Source: Parcubacteria group bacterium
Lineage (GTDB): Bacteria; Patescibacteriota; Minisyncoccia; Phycocordibacterales; Zambryskibacteraceae
Direction of reading: 5' to 3'
DNA: 43,177 nt
Assembly (NCBI GenBank): GCA_028286565.1
Contig: JAQBRH010000006.1
Span: forward strand, 1-43,177
The notes under the pieces were generated by a model. That model searched no databases. It worked only from the letters and a program-made list of their open reading frames with translations, and was not told the DNA's origin. This document shows positions 6,860-16,995 of the stretch, piece after piece; position 1 is the first letter of the stretch, and each line of letters starts with the position of its first letter. The position numbers and the translations under genes are program-made.

Positions 6860-7855
6860 ATGCGCATCCTTATCACATCCGGGCTGTCGGCGAGGGATAC
6901 GGGCGGGCCGGCGCAGTATGGGCCGAATCTGGCGAATGAATTCAAAAAGCTCGGGCACGAGGTCGACGTCGTGTGTTATGAATTTGAAAAGAAGCTGCCC
7001 GTCGGCATCCGCCACCTCTGGTTCTTCGAGCGCATTATCTCCAAGGTCTGGAATGCGGATCTTGTGTTCGCTCTTGATACGTTCAGTGTCGGAGTGCCGT
7101 CGGTGGCCGCGGCCGCCCTCCTCGGCAAGCGCTCGATCGTCCGAGTTGGAGGGGACTTTTTGTGGGAATCATATATTGCCCGCACCAAAGAGAAGCTTCC
7201 GCTGCCGGCGTTCTATGAGTCGCATCCGGTCTTTAATCTCAAGGAAAGGATCATCTTTGCATGTACGAAATTTTTGGCGAACTCATCGATCCTCGCGTTC
7301 AATACGGAGTGGCAGAGAGGTATCTGGAAAGAGCCGTACGCTCTGGATATGACGCGTACAAAAGTAGTAAAGAATTTTATCCCTCCGCGCCGGGAAGGAG
7401 CGGAACCGAATGAGAAGAATTTCTTGTGGGCCGGCCGGAAGATCACTCTGAAAAATCTTGATCTTCTTGGCCGAGCAATGGAAAAAGTGCGGACAAAATA
7501 TCCGGACGTGAAGCTCGAGATCGTCACCAAGCTTTCCCGAGAGGCGCTCGAAGCAAAGATGCGTGCCTGCTACGCCGTCGTCCTCCCTTCACTCTCCGAC
7601 GTCTGTCCGAATGTTATTCTCGAGGGCGCCTCGTTCGGGAAGCCGTTCATCATGACCACGCATACGGGCATACATGAGATCTGTCCGGACGGAGGCATCT
7701 TTGTTGATCCGCTAAGCCAGCGGGAGATGGAAGAGGCCATAGAGAAGATGCTTGATCCGGAAGCGTATGCGGAGTTCAAGCGAAAACTTTCGAATATGGA
7801 GATCCATCGTGCCTGGAGCGATCTCGCGCACGAATACTTGAGTATAATAGGCTGA
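6860..7855 (+). CDS. Glycosyltransferase family 4
   Basis: MRILI...GGP start, LPSLSDVCPNVILEGASFGKPFI. Confidence 0.88.
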   Translation: MRILITSGLSARDTGGPAQYGPNLANEFKKLGHEVDVVCYEFEKKLPVGIRHLWFFERIISKVWNADLVFALDTFSVGVPSVAAAALLGKRSIVRVGGDFLWESYIARTKEKLPLPAFYESHPVFNLKERIIFACTKFLANSSILAFNTEWQRGIWKEPYALDMTRTKVVKNFIPPRREGAEPNEKNFLWAGRKITLKNLDLLGRAMEKVRTKYPDVKLEIVTKLSREALEAKMRACYAVVLPSLSDVCPNVILEGASFGKPFIMTTHTGIHEICPDGGIFVDPLSQREMEEAIEKMLDPEAYAEFKRKLSNMEIHRAWSDLAHEYLSIIG

Positions 7856-9012
7856 TGGAACCGGCAGGAATCAAAGTGCTGATGATCTCAACCGACCGCA
7901 ATGAAGCGGTCGAATATAGCGCTGCGGCGGAAAGGATGAAAGAGTACGGAGAACAAGTCGAAGAATTGCACATCGTCCTCCTGTCGGACAGAAAGCACGG
8001 GCTCAAGAATGTCCAGCTCTCGGGGAATGTCTGGGTATATCCGACCAATTCGTTCTCGAGATGGCTCCGCCCGCTCGGCGCGGCGCGGCTAGGCAAAAAA
8101 ATAATCTTTGATAAAAAATTCGTACGAGGAAGATCCCTCATCACCGCCCAAGATCCCTTTGAAGCGGGCTGGGCGGGAAGATCGATACAAGAGGCCTGGA
8201 GGCTCCCGCTCGAGGTTCAGCTTCACACCGATCCGTTCTCTCCGTATTTCAGCGGATTCCTTAATTCGATACGCAAAAGGATCGCAGAAAAAGTGATTCG
8301 AGCCGCCGATTCTATTAGAGTCGTCAGTGCTCCTCTCAAAAATGAAGTGGTTACCAGATTCGGCAGAGAAGAGAAGGATGTATCCGTGCTGCCGATATAT
8401 GTGGACATAGAGAGAATTCAAAAGGAAAAGGTGGCCTTTGATCTCCATGCGCGATACGGCTGGCACTTTATTATTCTGATGGTTTCTCGCCTGACCGCAG
8501 AGAAAAATATTCCTCTCGGGCTCGAGGCCTTCAGCCGGTTGAAGAAATTTTTCCCGGATTCGGGTCTTGTTATTGTCGGATCGGGTCCGGAAGAGAGAGC
8601 GCTCAAGGCTCGAGTGAAAGAACTCGGCCTCAAGGCCAATGTGGCCTTTGCCGGCTGGCAGGAACACCTTGCCTCGTATTATCGAAGTGCGAATCTCTTC
8701 CTCCAGACCTCCAAATTCGAGGGGTACGGGCTTTCCCTGATCGAGGCCGGAATATCGGGAGTTCCCGTGGTAACCACGCCTGTAGGGGTCGCAAATGAGC
8801 TTAAAAACGGCCAAGATGCCTATATTTGCCCCCAAAATGACCCAGAATACGTGTTTAAGGCTATGTACGACCTTCTAGAGAATAACCCAAAAAGAGAGGT
8901 TTTAAAGGCCAATTTGAAGCATACGCTCGAGGCCCTTCTTATCCCTAGAGAGGAGTATCTGAAGCGGCAGAGAGAGTCGTGGATTGAAACTGCAGGTAAG
9001 GTTAAGGCCTAA
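7855..9012 (+). CDS. Glycosyltransferase family 4
   Basis: VSRLTAEKN, VGSGPE, TSKFEGYGLSLIEAGISGVPVV. Confidence 0.92.
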   Translation: MEPAGIKVLMISTDRNEAVEYSAAAERMKEYGEQVEELHIVLLSDRKHGLKNVQLSGNVWVYPTNSFSRWLRPLGAARLGKKIIFDKKFVRGRSLITAQDPFEAGWAGRSIQEAWRLPLEVQLHTDPFSPYFSGFLNSIRKRIAEKVIRAADSIRVVSAPLKNEVVTRFGREEKDVSVLPIYVDIERIQKEKVAFDLHARYGWHFIILMVSRLTAEKNIPLGLEAFSRLKKFFPDSGLVIVGSGPEERALKARVKELGLKANVAFAGWQEHLASYYRSANLFLQTSKFEGYGLSLIEAGISGVPVVTTPVGVANELKNGQDAYICPQNDPEYVFKAMYDLLENNPKREVLKANLKHTLEALLIPREEYLKRQRESWIETAGKVKA

Positions 9013-9931
9013 AGAACGCCCGTGCGCCGGACACGGCTACCTCCACGCTCTTTCTGTCATGCAGGGCATCCATGGAGATCCTTTTGAGGATATACCGGTC
9101 CGTTTTTGTCGTCGTGATGCCTTCGAGCGTGCTGAGAGCCCCGGCAAATTCTGCTTTTGTTTCTTGGAGCACGTCCCGGTTGATGTCTTCCGATTGGCCG
9201 TTCGGGTAGCAGAAGATATTTGAAATACTCCCGATCTTTTCTTTAAGGAGATCCTTAGATCCCTTGATCTCCGCCTCGAGTCTATCTCTTTTTATTTTAC
9301 TGAGGATCGGATGAGACTTGGTGTGAGCGCCGAATTTCATGCCGGCGTTCTGCATTTCACGGATCTCATCCAAGGTGAGGGGCGCATACACAGATCCGCT
9401 CATATTGTCAGCGAGTTTTTTGTGGTGGTCTTCCTCGAGCCGTACGAGCCTTGCTTCTTTTTCTTCATCGGACAGAGATTTAAGCTGTGTACGTATGGAT
9501 GCGTCGTTCGGAAGCCCTAAATATTCAAGCCGGTCCATCCACAGAGGCTTTCCTTCAAACACAAAATCCGTCGGAAGGAAAAAGGCGGCAGTCATGCGGG
9601 CCTTTTGAAGAGCGGGAAAGGCGTGTTCATAAAAGTTCTTATAGCCGTCGTCGAAGGTGATCACGAGCGGATTCGGAGGAAGCATCCCCGCCTGTTGTTT
9701 CTCCAGGGCTTCATCAAGGTCGAGGACGCTATAGTGCTTCTGTATATGCTCGAGGTGCCTAGCGAACACGTCCGGCGGGATGAATTTTCCCCGGTAGTTA
9801 TACATGCCTCGGTCTTCGTGCGGAGCCACTCCGTGGTAGAGGAGGATGGTCAGGTCGCGCCGGTGGGTATGCCTCATGAGGCTCGGGACGCCCGCGAGAG
9901 CGAGAAGGCCTATAATGAAGCGCTTAAGCAT
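9002..9931 (-). CDS. Polysaccharide deacetylase (CE4/NodB-like)
   Basis: LLYHGV, VITFDDGY, FGAHTKSHPIL, FCYPNG. Start at MLKRFIIG (9931) avoids overlap with the divergent GT. Confidence 0.9.
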   Translation of the reverse strand: MLKRFIIGLLALAGVPSLMRHTHRRDLTILLYHGVAPHEDRGMYNYRGKFIPPDVFARHLEHIQKHYSVLDLDEALEKQQAGMLPPNPLVITFDDGYKNFYEHAFPALQKARMTAAFFLPTDFVFEGKPLWMDRLEYLGLPNDASIRTQLKSLSDEEKEARLVRLEEDHHKKLADNMSGSVYAPLTLDEIREMQNAGMKFGAHTKSHPILSKIKRDRLEAEIKGSKDLLKEKIGSISNIFCYPNGQSEDINRDVLQETKAEFAGALSTLEGITTTKTDRYILKRISMDALHDRKSVEVAVSGARAFFRP

Positions 9932-9952
9932 TATCCCTGTATAATAACCCAG
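9932..9952. promoter_or_regulatory. 21-bp bidirectional promoter between divergent start codons
   Basis: TATAAT (+, 9940-9945) is 7 nt before ATG 9953; the overlapping TATTAT (-, 9946-9941) is 9 nt before ATG 9931. Confidence 0.65.
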
Positions 9953-10981
9953 ATGAGGCTTATTATCTGCACTCAGAAACTCGATCAAAAAGACCCGATC
10001 TTGGGCTTTTTCCACGCCTGGGTCGAGGAGTTTGCCAAGCACTGTGAGCTCGTGACCGTGGTGTGTTTGGAGGAAGGTGCGCACGATCTTCTCGAGAATG
10101 TCCGCGTATTCTCTTTGGGCAAAGAGAAGGGCCGGTCGCGGCTCGCATACCTTTCTAATTTCTATAAAACTATTGTAAGAACGCGACACGACTACGATAC
10201 GGTCTTTGTGCATATGAATCCCGAATATGCGGTGCTCGGCGGTCCGATATGGAAAATGATGAATAAAAAGATCGCTCTCTGGTATACGCATCGGGAAGTC
10301 GATGAGAAGCTCCGCATCGGCGAAAAGTTCGCCGACATTATCTTCACCGCTTCCAAAGAAGGATTCGGCTTGCAGAGCCGCAAGGTGCGGGTGGTCGGCC
10401 ACGGCATCGATATCAATAAATTTCCGCCGATCACTTCGGACCTGAGCAAGGATAGAGAGATCCTCTATTTAGGCCGGATCACAAAGATAAAAAATATCGA
10501 AACCATCCTCCAGGCCTTCCCCCTTCTTCCGGATGTTTCGCGCCTTCGTCTCGCCGGCCCGACGGTGACGCGCGAAGATGCCGTATACAAAGCCGCCCTT
10601 GAGAAAATGATCGAGGCGCTCGGCATCGGGCAAAAGGTCGTGTGGGACGGATCGGGAGAGGATGATCGGACCTTTACTCCAAGCACTATTTCCGTGAACG
10701 CCTCTCCGGACGGCGGAATGGATAAAGCCGTCCTCGGGTCGATTGCGGCCGGAGCCCCCGCTTTTGCTTCGAACGCCGCCTTCAGGAATGTGTTCGGAGA
10801 ATATGCGGATACATTTTTGTATCCATATGGAGATGAGAGATCGCTCGCGGAGAAGATCAAAGCTTTTCTGGCCTTGCCCGATGATGTCCGCGCTCACACC
10901 CTCGAGACCCTCAAAGGAAAGGTCCGCAGGGAATACAGCACGGAGGCGGTAGTAGGAAAGATAATGGCCGAGCTTTCATGA
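9953..10981 (+). CDS. Glycosyltransferase family 4
   Basis: MRLIICTQKLD start, GHGID, LGRITKIKN, GGMDKAVL (divergent acidic motif). Confidence 0.85.
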   Translation: MRLIICTQKLDQKDPILGFFHAWVEEFAKHCELVTVVCLEEGAHDLLENVRVFSLGKEKGRSRLAYLSNFYKTIVRTRHDYDTVFVHMNPEYAVLGGPIWKMMNKKIALWYTHREVDEKLRIGEKFADIIFTASKEGFGLQSRKVRVVGHGIDINKFPPITSDLSKDREILYLGRITKIKNIETILQAFPLLPDVSRLRLAGPTVTREDAVYKAALEKMIEALGIGQKVVWDGSGEDDRTFTPSTISVNASPDGGMDKAVLGSIAAGAPAFASNAAFRNVFGEYADTFLYPYGDERSLAEKIKAFLALPDDVRAHTLETLKGKVRREYSTEAVVGKIMAELS

Positions 10982-11658
10982 AAAAAAAGATACACGGCAT
11001 CTTGGAGAACATAAAAACTTTTATAAAAAGACACGTTGTCGTAGACAAGCTTTTTATCGCCCGAGAGCAATTCAAGCTCGATAATGCGGAGTTCGGACTG
11101 CGATATGCGTATCCGCTTGATGCGAACAGCGTGGTGGTCGATCTCGGCGGATATACCGGAGAATGGGCCGAGAAGATCTCGAACATGTACGGCTGTACCA
11201 TATATGTGTTCGAGCCTATAGAGGAATTTGCGGACCAGGCCAGAATGCGGTTCAAAGATAACCCGCGTATTCATATATACACCTTCGGGGTCGGAGACAA
11301 GGACGAACAGGCAACCATCTCACTCGACGGAGTCTCTTCGAGCGTGTTTGCGGGGAAAAAAGGAAGAACTATCGAATTAAGAGATATACAAAAGGTTTTT
11401 AAAGAGCTGAATATTACAAAAGCGGATCTATTAAAAATGAACATCGAGGGCGGCGAATACAACGTACTGCCGAGGATGATCGAGACGGGTCTCGTGCCTC
11501 TCTGCCAAGATATGCAGATAGAATTTCACCACTTTTATCCTGACGCGGAAGCACTGCGAAGCCGTATCCAAGATTCTCTTAAAAAGACCCATTATCTCAC
11601 TTACGATTATCCGTTCTTTTTTGAGAACTGGAGAAAGATCGCCGACACACATATATGA
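10978..11658 (+). CDS. FkbM family methyltransferase
   Basis: VVDLGGYTG, VFEP, LLKMNIEGGEY, QIEFH. Confidence 0.9.
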   Translation: MKKKIHGILENIKTFIKRHVVVDKLFIAREQFKLDNAEFGLRYAYPLDANSVVVDLGGYTGEWAEKISNMYGCTIYVFEPIEEFADQARMRFKDNPRIHIYTFGVGDKDEQATISLDGVSSSVFAGKKGRTIELRDIQKVFKELNITKADLLKMNIEGGEYNVLPRMIETGLVPLCQDMQIEFHHFYPDAEALRSRIQDSLKKTHYLTYDYPFFFENWRKIADTHI

Positions 11659-12728
11659 AAAAAATAGGCTTTTTCGGCATTTACGATCGGGAATATTCGA
11701 GGAACAAAGTTATCATCCGAGGACTGGAAGAGAACGGCTACTCGATCGTGCACGCGCATATCGATCCGAAGGTCCACAAGGGCCTCAAAAAATATTGGCT
11801 TCTCGCCAAGGAAGCGCAGAAATTCAGAGGAGAAGATCTGGAATTCATCTTTGTAGCCTTCCCCGGCCACACCTGCGTCTGGCTTGCCAAGCTCCTGTTT
11901 CCGCGCAAAAGAATCGTCTTTGATATCTTCATCTCCCAATACGCATCGAATGTCGTAGATAGGAAGGTCCACAAGCCATACAGTCTTAAGGCATACAAGG
12001 ATTACTTTTTGGATTGGTACAGCATCCGAGCGGCGGACGTGGTGGTCATTGACGCGAACGAGCACATCAAAGCCTTCGGCAGGAATTACGGATTAAAGAA
12101 GGAAAAGGCTATCCGGATCTTCCTCAGCTCCGCCCTGACGCCGGTCGAGCATCCGAAAGATACGAGCGGCCGGGAAGAATTCATCGTCCATTACCACGGG
12201 ACGTTTATCGGCGTGCACGGGGTCGAACACATCATCCGCGCGGCGAAGATGGTCGAGGGGAATCCTCGGATCGTCTTCAAGATGATCGGCGGAGGCCAGC
12301 TTCAAAAAGAGATGAAGACACTCGCCGAATCCCTCGGCCTTCGCAACATGGAATTCTTCGGGCGCATCCCCGATTATCAGGATGTCTTAAAACGGATCGA
12401 TGACTGCGACGTGCTTCTCGGCGCTTTCGGCACTACCGAAAGAGGCCACTGGGTGATCATGAACAAAATTTTTGAAGGCATGGTATTCGGGAAGGCCATG
12501 GTCTCCGCCGATACTCCGGGCATGCGGGAATTGTTCACCGATCGAGAGAACGTATCGATGTGCAAAGCCGGAGACCCGTCGGACCTCGCGGAAAAGATCC
12601 TCGAGCTCGAGAAGGACGAAGCCTTGAAGAAAAAGATCGGCCAGGCAGCCCTCGACCTTTTTAAGGCCAAACTTTCTCCAAAGATGCTCGTTCAAGAATT
12701 CCTTATAGACCTATACAAGATCATATGA
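11655..12728 (+). CDS. Glycosyltransferase family 4
   Basis: YSRN, YHGTFIGVHG, NKIFEGMVFGKAMV. Confidence 0.88.
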   Translation: MKKIGFFGIYDREYSRNKVIIRGLEENGYSIVHAHIDPKVHKGLKKYWLLAKEAQKFRGEDLEFIFVAFPGHTCVWLAKLLFPRKRIVFDIFISQYASNVVDRKVHKPYSLKAYKDYFLDWYSIRAADVVVIDANEHIKAFGRNYGLKKEKAIRIFLSSALTPVEHPKDTSGREEFIVHYHGTFIGVHGVEHIIRAAKMVEGNPRIVFKMIGGGQLQKEMKTLAESLGLRNMEFFGRIPDYQDVLKRIDDCDVLLGAFGTTERGHWVIMNKIFEGMVFGKAMVSADTPGMRELFTDRENVSMCKAGDPSDLAEKILELEKDEALKKKIGQAALDLFKAKLSPKMLVQEFLIDLYKII

Positions 12729-13486
12729 AGCTCCTGGCCATCCTTAGGATCAAAGATCAGATAGCGACGATCGACGGCTGTCTTTCGAAACTTTCAAGCA
12801 TCGCCGACGAGATCATCCTTATAGACAACGGCTCGACCGACGGGACGCTTGAGAAGTACAAAGCGTATCCAAAGATAGTGAAGATCATGTATACCGAAGG
12901 ATACGACGAAGGGAGGGACAAGATCATGCTCCTTGAAGAAGCCAAACTCCGCGAACCAGGGTGGATCCTCTGGATCGATGCGGATGAAGTGTTCGAGGAT
13001 CATTTTACCCGCGAAGTGGCTGAAGGGTACATGAGGTCCGGATACAATCGCATCACCTTCAGGATGTGCAATTTCTGGCTCGATACAAAGCACTGCCGGT
13101 TCGACGGACAATATTATCTCTATAACCTCCATCCGCAGAGAAGCATGTGGAAGAATGTCCCGAGCGCCTACTTTCGGAACAAAAAGCTTCACAACGGAGA
13201 CATCTTCGGCGTGCCGGGCAAAAGCTTCCTCTCGCCCTACCGCCTCAAGCACTACGGGTATGTTGACCGCAGGAAGATGCAGGAAAAGCTTGACCGATAC
13301 CTTGCCGAGGACAAGAGCGGGGACAGGGATTATATAAAGTTCATCGATCCGAACCTCCCAAACCGGACGTATGTGTGGAGAGAGTTCAAGAACAAGAAGC
13401 TGAACTATGCATATATACTTATGTATAAATACATATGCAATCTGCTTTGGCTCATAGAAAGGCTGCGGCTTAAAATATTCAAATAA
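12725..13486 (+). CDS. Glycosyltransferase family 2
   Basis: IDNGSTDGT, WILWIDADE, LKHYGY. Confidence 0.9.
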   Translation: MKLLAILRIKDQIATIDGCLSKLSSIADEIILIDNGSTDGTLEKYKAYPKIVKIMYTEGYDEGRDKIMLLEEAKLREPGWILWIDADEVFEDHFTREVAEGYMRSGYNRITFRMCNFWLDTKHCRFDGQYYLYNLHPQRSMWKNVPSAYFRNKKLHNGDIFGVPGKSFLSPYRLKHYGYVDRRKMQEKLDRYLAEDKSGDRDYIKFIDPNLPNRTYVWREFKNKKLNYAYILMYKYICNLLWLIERLRLKIFK

Positions 13487-13487
13487 T

Positions 13488-14102
13488 ATGCGACCTTGGG
13501 AAACATTTTTTAAAGAAAGAACTAAAAAGATCTTCACAGAAAAGAAGTATATTTTAGACATTGGCGGCGGGCTCCGGGTAGTTAAAGAGAAGGGAAATAG
13601 ATACGATCCGACAAGAGAATGGATCAGGCCGTATATAGAAAAGGTTGATTATAAAGTACTTGATGTGGTCGATACATATCATCCGGACATGGTAGGAAAT
13701 ATTCACTCACTCCCATTGGTAGATGATAGTATCGAAGGATTATTCGCGATAGCGGTGCTTCAACATGTGGAAGACCCAAAGCAGGCCTTCAAAGAAATTC
13801 ATCGAGTGCTCGCCCCTGGGGGCTACGCCTTTATCTACGTGCCGTTCCTCTACTACTATCACGGAGAGAAGGGCTACTACAAAGATTATTGGAGATACAC
13901 CGAAGATTCGCTTCGCCTGCTCGGTAAGGATTTTTCAAAGATAGAAATAGTGAATGTCAGAGGGGCCATCGAGACCTGGATCAAGATCTCGCCCTTGGGC
14001 AGGGTCGGATTTTTGAATGATCTCGGATATCTCCTCGACCGCCTGACCGGCAAGCTCTCCTCCAAACAAACGAGCGGCTACAATGTCTTTTTGACCAAAT
14101 AG
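13488..14102 (+). CDS. Class I SAM-dependent methyltransferase
   Basis: ILDIGGG, VLQHVEDP, RVLAPGG, VPFLYYYH...DYWRYT. Confidence 0.88.
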   Translation: MRPWETFFKERTKKIFTEKKYILDIGGGLRVVKEKGNRYDPTREWIRPYIEKVDYKVLDVVDTYHPDMVGNIHSLPLVDDSIEGLFAIAVLQHVEDPKQAFKEIHRVLAPGGYAFIYVPFLYYYHGEKGYYKDYWRYTEDSLRLLGKDFSKIEIVNVRGAIETWIKISPLGRVGFLNDLGYLLDRLTGKLSSKQTSGYNVFLTK

Positions 14103-14117
14103 TGTACTATTAAGGCC

Positions 14118-15218
14118 GTGAAAATCACCTATATAGCAGACGTCAGGCTTCCAACGGAGAAGGCTCACGGGATCCAAATTATGAAGGCCTGCGAGGCATT
14201 CGTACAAAGCGGAGCCGAGGTCGAGCTTATCATCCCGGACCGTGAGAATCCTATCACCAAGGACCCTTTTGATTATTACGGAGTTCAGAGGATCTTTGCC
14301 ATCCGGAAGATCTCGAGCCCGAGCCTCATGCGATTTGAGAAATATCTCGGAGGCCTCGCCTTTCGTCTCCAGGTGCTCGGATTTCTTGCACGGCTCGTCT
14401 TTTTCAAAGTTCCAAAAGACCGCATCGTCTATACCCGCAGCGCAGAGGTGGCTTGGCTTTTTTCTCACCGAGGATACACGACCGTCTTCGAGGCTCATCT
14501 CTGGCCCGAGACGAAGGCCGGTCTGTATGAAAAATTATTACGGAAGGTCTTTCTCATCGTGGGTAATTCCCGAGGTACGGAAGAAGAATTCAAAAAAAGA
14601 GGCATGCATACGCTCGCGGTGCCGAACGGGGTCGACCTGCAGATGTTTGATATCACTGCGGACAAGCAGGCGCTTCGAGAAAAGCTCGGTTTGCCTCTCG
14701 GGAAGATCGCTCTCTATACCGGACACCTCTACGGCTGGAAGGGCGTAGACGTCGTCTTTGAAGCGGCTCGAGCTCGGCAAGATACCGATTTTGTCTTTGT
14801 CGGAGGCACGCAAAAGGACCTCGAGAAATATAGGCAAAGGGTTGGAACGGAGCACCTTTCAAACGTCCTTTTGCTCGGACACAAAGAACAGAAGGTTCTC
14901 CCCGAGTATCTCAAAGCGGCAGACGTGCTCCTCTTGCCGAATGTCCCCATCTCTATTGAATCCGAGAAGTACACCTCTCCGATCAAGATGTTCGAATACA
15001 TGGCGAGCGGGACGCCGATCGTGGCTTCGGATCTGCCTTCCATCCGAGAGGTGCTGAACGCCGAGAACGCCGTTCTGGTAGAGCCGGGAAATGCGAAGGC
15101 TCTCCTGGAAGGCATTGCGCGTGCTTTTAGTTCTTCCGTAGGAGAGCGGGCACATACAGATGCTCGGGAGTATACATGGATCAAGCGCGCAGAAAAGATC
15201 CTTCAGGCCCTAAAGTAG
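14118..15218 (+). CDS. Glycosyltransferase family 4 (GTG start)
   Basis: PTEKAHGIQ, VPNGVD, YTSPIKMFEYMASGTPIV; TACTAT 7 nt before GTG. Confidence 0.92.
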   Translation: MKITYIADVRLPTEKAHGIQIMKACEAFVQSGAEVELIIPDRENPITKDPFDYYGVQRIFAIRKISSPSLMRFEKYLGGLAFRLQVLGFLARLVFFKVPKDRIVYTRSAEVAWLFSHRGYTTVFEAHLWPETKAGLYEKLLRKVFLIVGNSRGTEEEFKKRGMHTLAVPNGVDLQMFDITADKQALREKLGLPLGKIALYTGHLYGWKGVDVVFEAARARQDTDFVFVGGTQKDLEKYRQRVGTEHLSNVLLLGHKEQKVLPEYLKAADVLLLPNVPISIESEKYTSPIKMFEYMASGTPIVASDLPSIREVLNAENAVLVEPGNAKALLEGIARAFSSSVGERAHTDAREYTWIKRAEKILQALK

Positions 15219-16018
15219 GAGGGGATATCTTTAATGAACCGGGCCAGGATAAGAAGCGTTGATTTTATTTTAAGGAAAAAAGTGGGTGCGTTGAGGAGGG
15301 CGAACATGATATTCGCCCCGAGGTTCGAAGAAGATCTGCGGGAGAAATATTTTGTGAGGAACGGCCAGGCTTTCTCGCCGTGCTTTTCTTTGCTGTATAT
15401 AACGGCCTCATAGGACATGAGAAGAGGGGATCCGGCGCGCTTTGCGCGTAATGAAAAGTTCATATCCGCCGCGTGGTGAGGGAGAAGAGGGGTGAACAGG
15501 CCTGTTTTCTCGAATACTTCTGCAGGCACAAGCATGCCTCGGGTAGTGAGGGCATCAACCGGCTTTATCGAAAGGGAAGGGTCATACTCCCGATTGGGGA
15601 AAGAATACGTGTTCCAGTCGATCTTGATGCCCGCATCCTGGATGTGCTCGTCATAAAAGTTCTTCACCAAGGATCCCACCACGGCCCCGTGCTCTCGGCT
15701 TATCTTTTCAAGAGCCGCAATATACTCCGGCTTAACCTCGGTATCGTTGTTCATGATAAGGATGGCATCTCCTTTGATGCTCTTAAGCAAAACTCTTTGG
15801 AGGCCCATATTCACGGACTTGGCCCACCACCACCCGCCGGGGCCGCTGACAATATTCACCTTCGGATACAGTCTTCTGATCTCTTCGACCGAACCGTCCG
15901 TCGAACCGTCGTCAATGACGGTGATCTCGATATCTTTATATGTTTGAAGAGATAAAGAAGCCAGGCATTCAAGGGTCAGCTCTTTTCTATTGAATACGGG
16001 GAGGATGATGCGGATCAT
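15203..16018 (-). CDS. Glycosyltransferase family 2
   Basis: IILPVFNR, IDDGSTDGS, MNNDT; start at MIRIIL with ATGA overlap. Confidence 0.9.
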   Translation of the reverse strand: MIRIILPVFNRKELTLECLASLSLQTYKDIEITVIDDGSTDGSVEEIRRLYPKVNIVSGPGGWWWAKSVNMGLQRVLLKSIKGDAILIMNNDTEVKPEYIAALEKISREHGAVVGSLVKNFYDEHIQDAGIKIDWNTYSFPNREYDPSLSIKPVDALTTRGMLVPAEVFEKTGLFTPLLPHHAADMNFSLRAKRAGSPLLMSYEAVIYSKEKHGEKAWPFLTKYFSRRSSSNLGANIMFALLNAPTFFLKIKSTLLILARFIKDIPSYFRA

Positions 16019-16995
16019 TCTTTTGTGGCATATATGACGAGGCAATCTCCGAGGCCAAAGAGGTCCGTTGTTCGATTAAAGACCGTGATGAGGGCAACGA
16101 CCGTTTTAAAGACGTACGGTTTTAAGGAAAATGTTTTTTTCACGGCCGCCTTCTCGGCCTTTTCTTCCTTTGGCTTTCCGCTCCAGTAGGGATTTTTCTT
16201 GCCGATCTTTTGAGGATGGCGCACCGCGTAGAGGTGGTGAAGCGTCCAGGCGGTCGGGCTCACGGTCTTCGTCTCTCTCACTTTGAACTCGTGTTTTTGA
16301 AGGAGGATTTGGAGGGACCCTTTGGTGAAGATCTGCTGATGATAGGGAATGTGCCAATTGACCCAGGCTCGGCCGAAGAGTTTCCTCTGAAGGCTCCCGG
16401 CATTCGGCGTACTTATGATGATGGTCCCTCCGGGTGTAAGGAGCTTGCGGGCGGCGTTCATAAAGCTCTCCAGGTCGACGATGTGCTCGACGAGCTGGTT
16501 CGCGATGATGATATCGAACTTTTCGGGCAAGGACGGGTAGTCTTCAATGGTGCCGATGTAGATATCGAGGCGAAGCTCGTCCTTTATCCTGCGGATGTTC
16601 TCATCCGCCTCAATACCGCAGGCTTCGTAGCCCAGGGCCTCCAGTTGGAGAAGAGAGCGCCCGTCTCCGCAGCCGACGTCGAGGACGCGGCCAGTGCCGG
16701 GAGGAAGCATGTAGTGGATGCGGTGGTTGCCTCGGAGCCAATTGTGAAAGCGCTCACGCTCCGTCAATTCGGGCTTGAATCCGGTGCGGATCTTTTTCGG
16801 ATCCACATCGTTGTAGGGATAATGATTCGTATACAAAGGACCTACTTCGCTCTGAGTAAGTGGAGGCAATGTTTCCAAAAGACCGCAGGCCGGGCACTTG
16901 AATATGTCGAACGGTTTTGGGTACCCGTATCGATCGTCGAACATGTCTTTCTTATAGAGGCGGAGCTCCGTGCCGCAGACTTTGCAGGAATTCAT
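16015..16995 (-). CDS. Class I SAM-dependent methyltransferase with N-terminal zinc ribbon
   Basis: CKVC...CPACG, VLDVGCGDG, VEH, TPNA, HIPYH. Confidence 0.9.
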   Translation of the reverse strand: MNSCKVCGTELRLYKKDMFDDRYGYPKPFDIFKCPACGLLETLPPLTQSEVGPLYTNHYPYNDVDPKKIRTGFKPELTERERFHNWLRGNHRIHYMLPPGTGRVLDVGCGDGRSLLQLEALGYEACGIEADENIRRIKDELRLDIYIGTIEDYPSLPEKFDIIIANQLVEHIVDLESFMNAARKLLTPGGTIIISTPNAGSLQRKLFGRAWVNWHIPYHQQIFTKGSLQILLQKHEFKVRETKTVSPTAWTLHHLYAVRHPQKIGKKNPYWSGKPKEEKAEKAAVKKTFSLKPYVFKTVVALITVFNRTTDLFGLGDCLVIYATKE

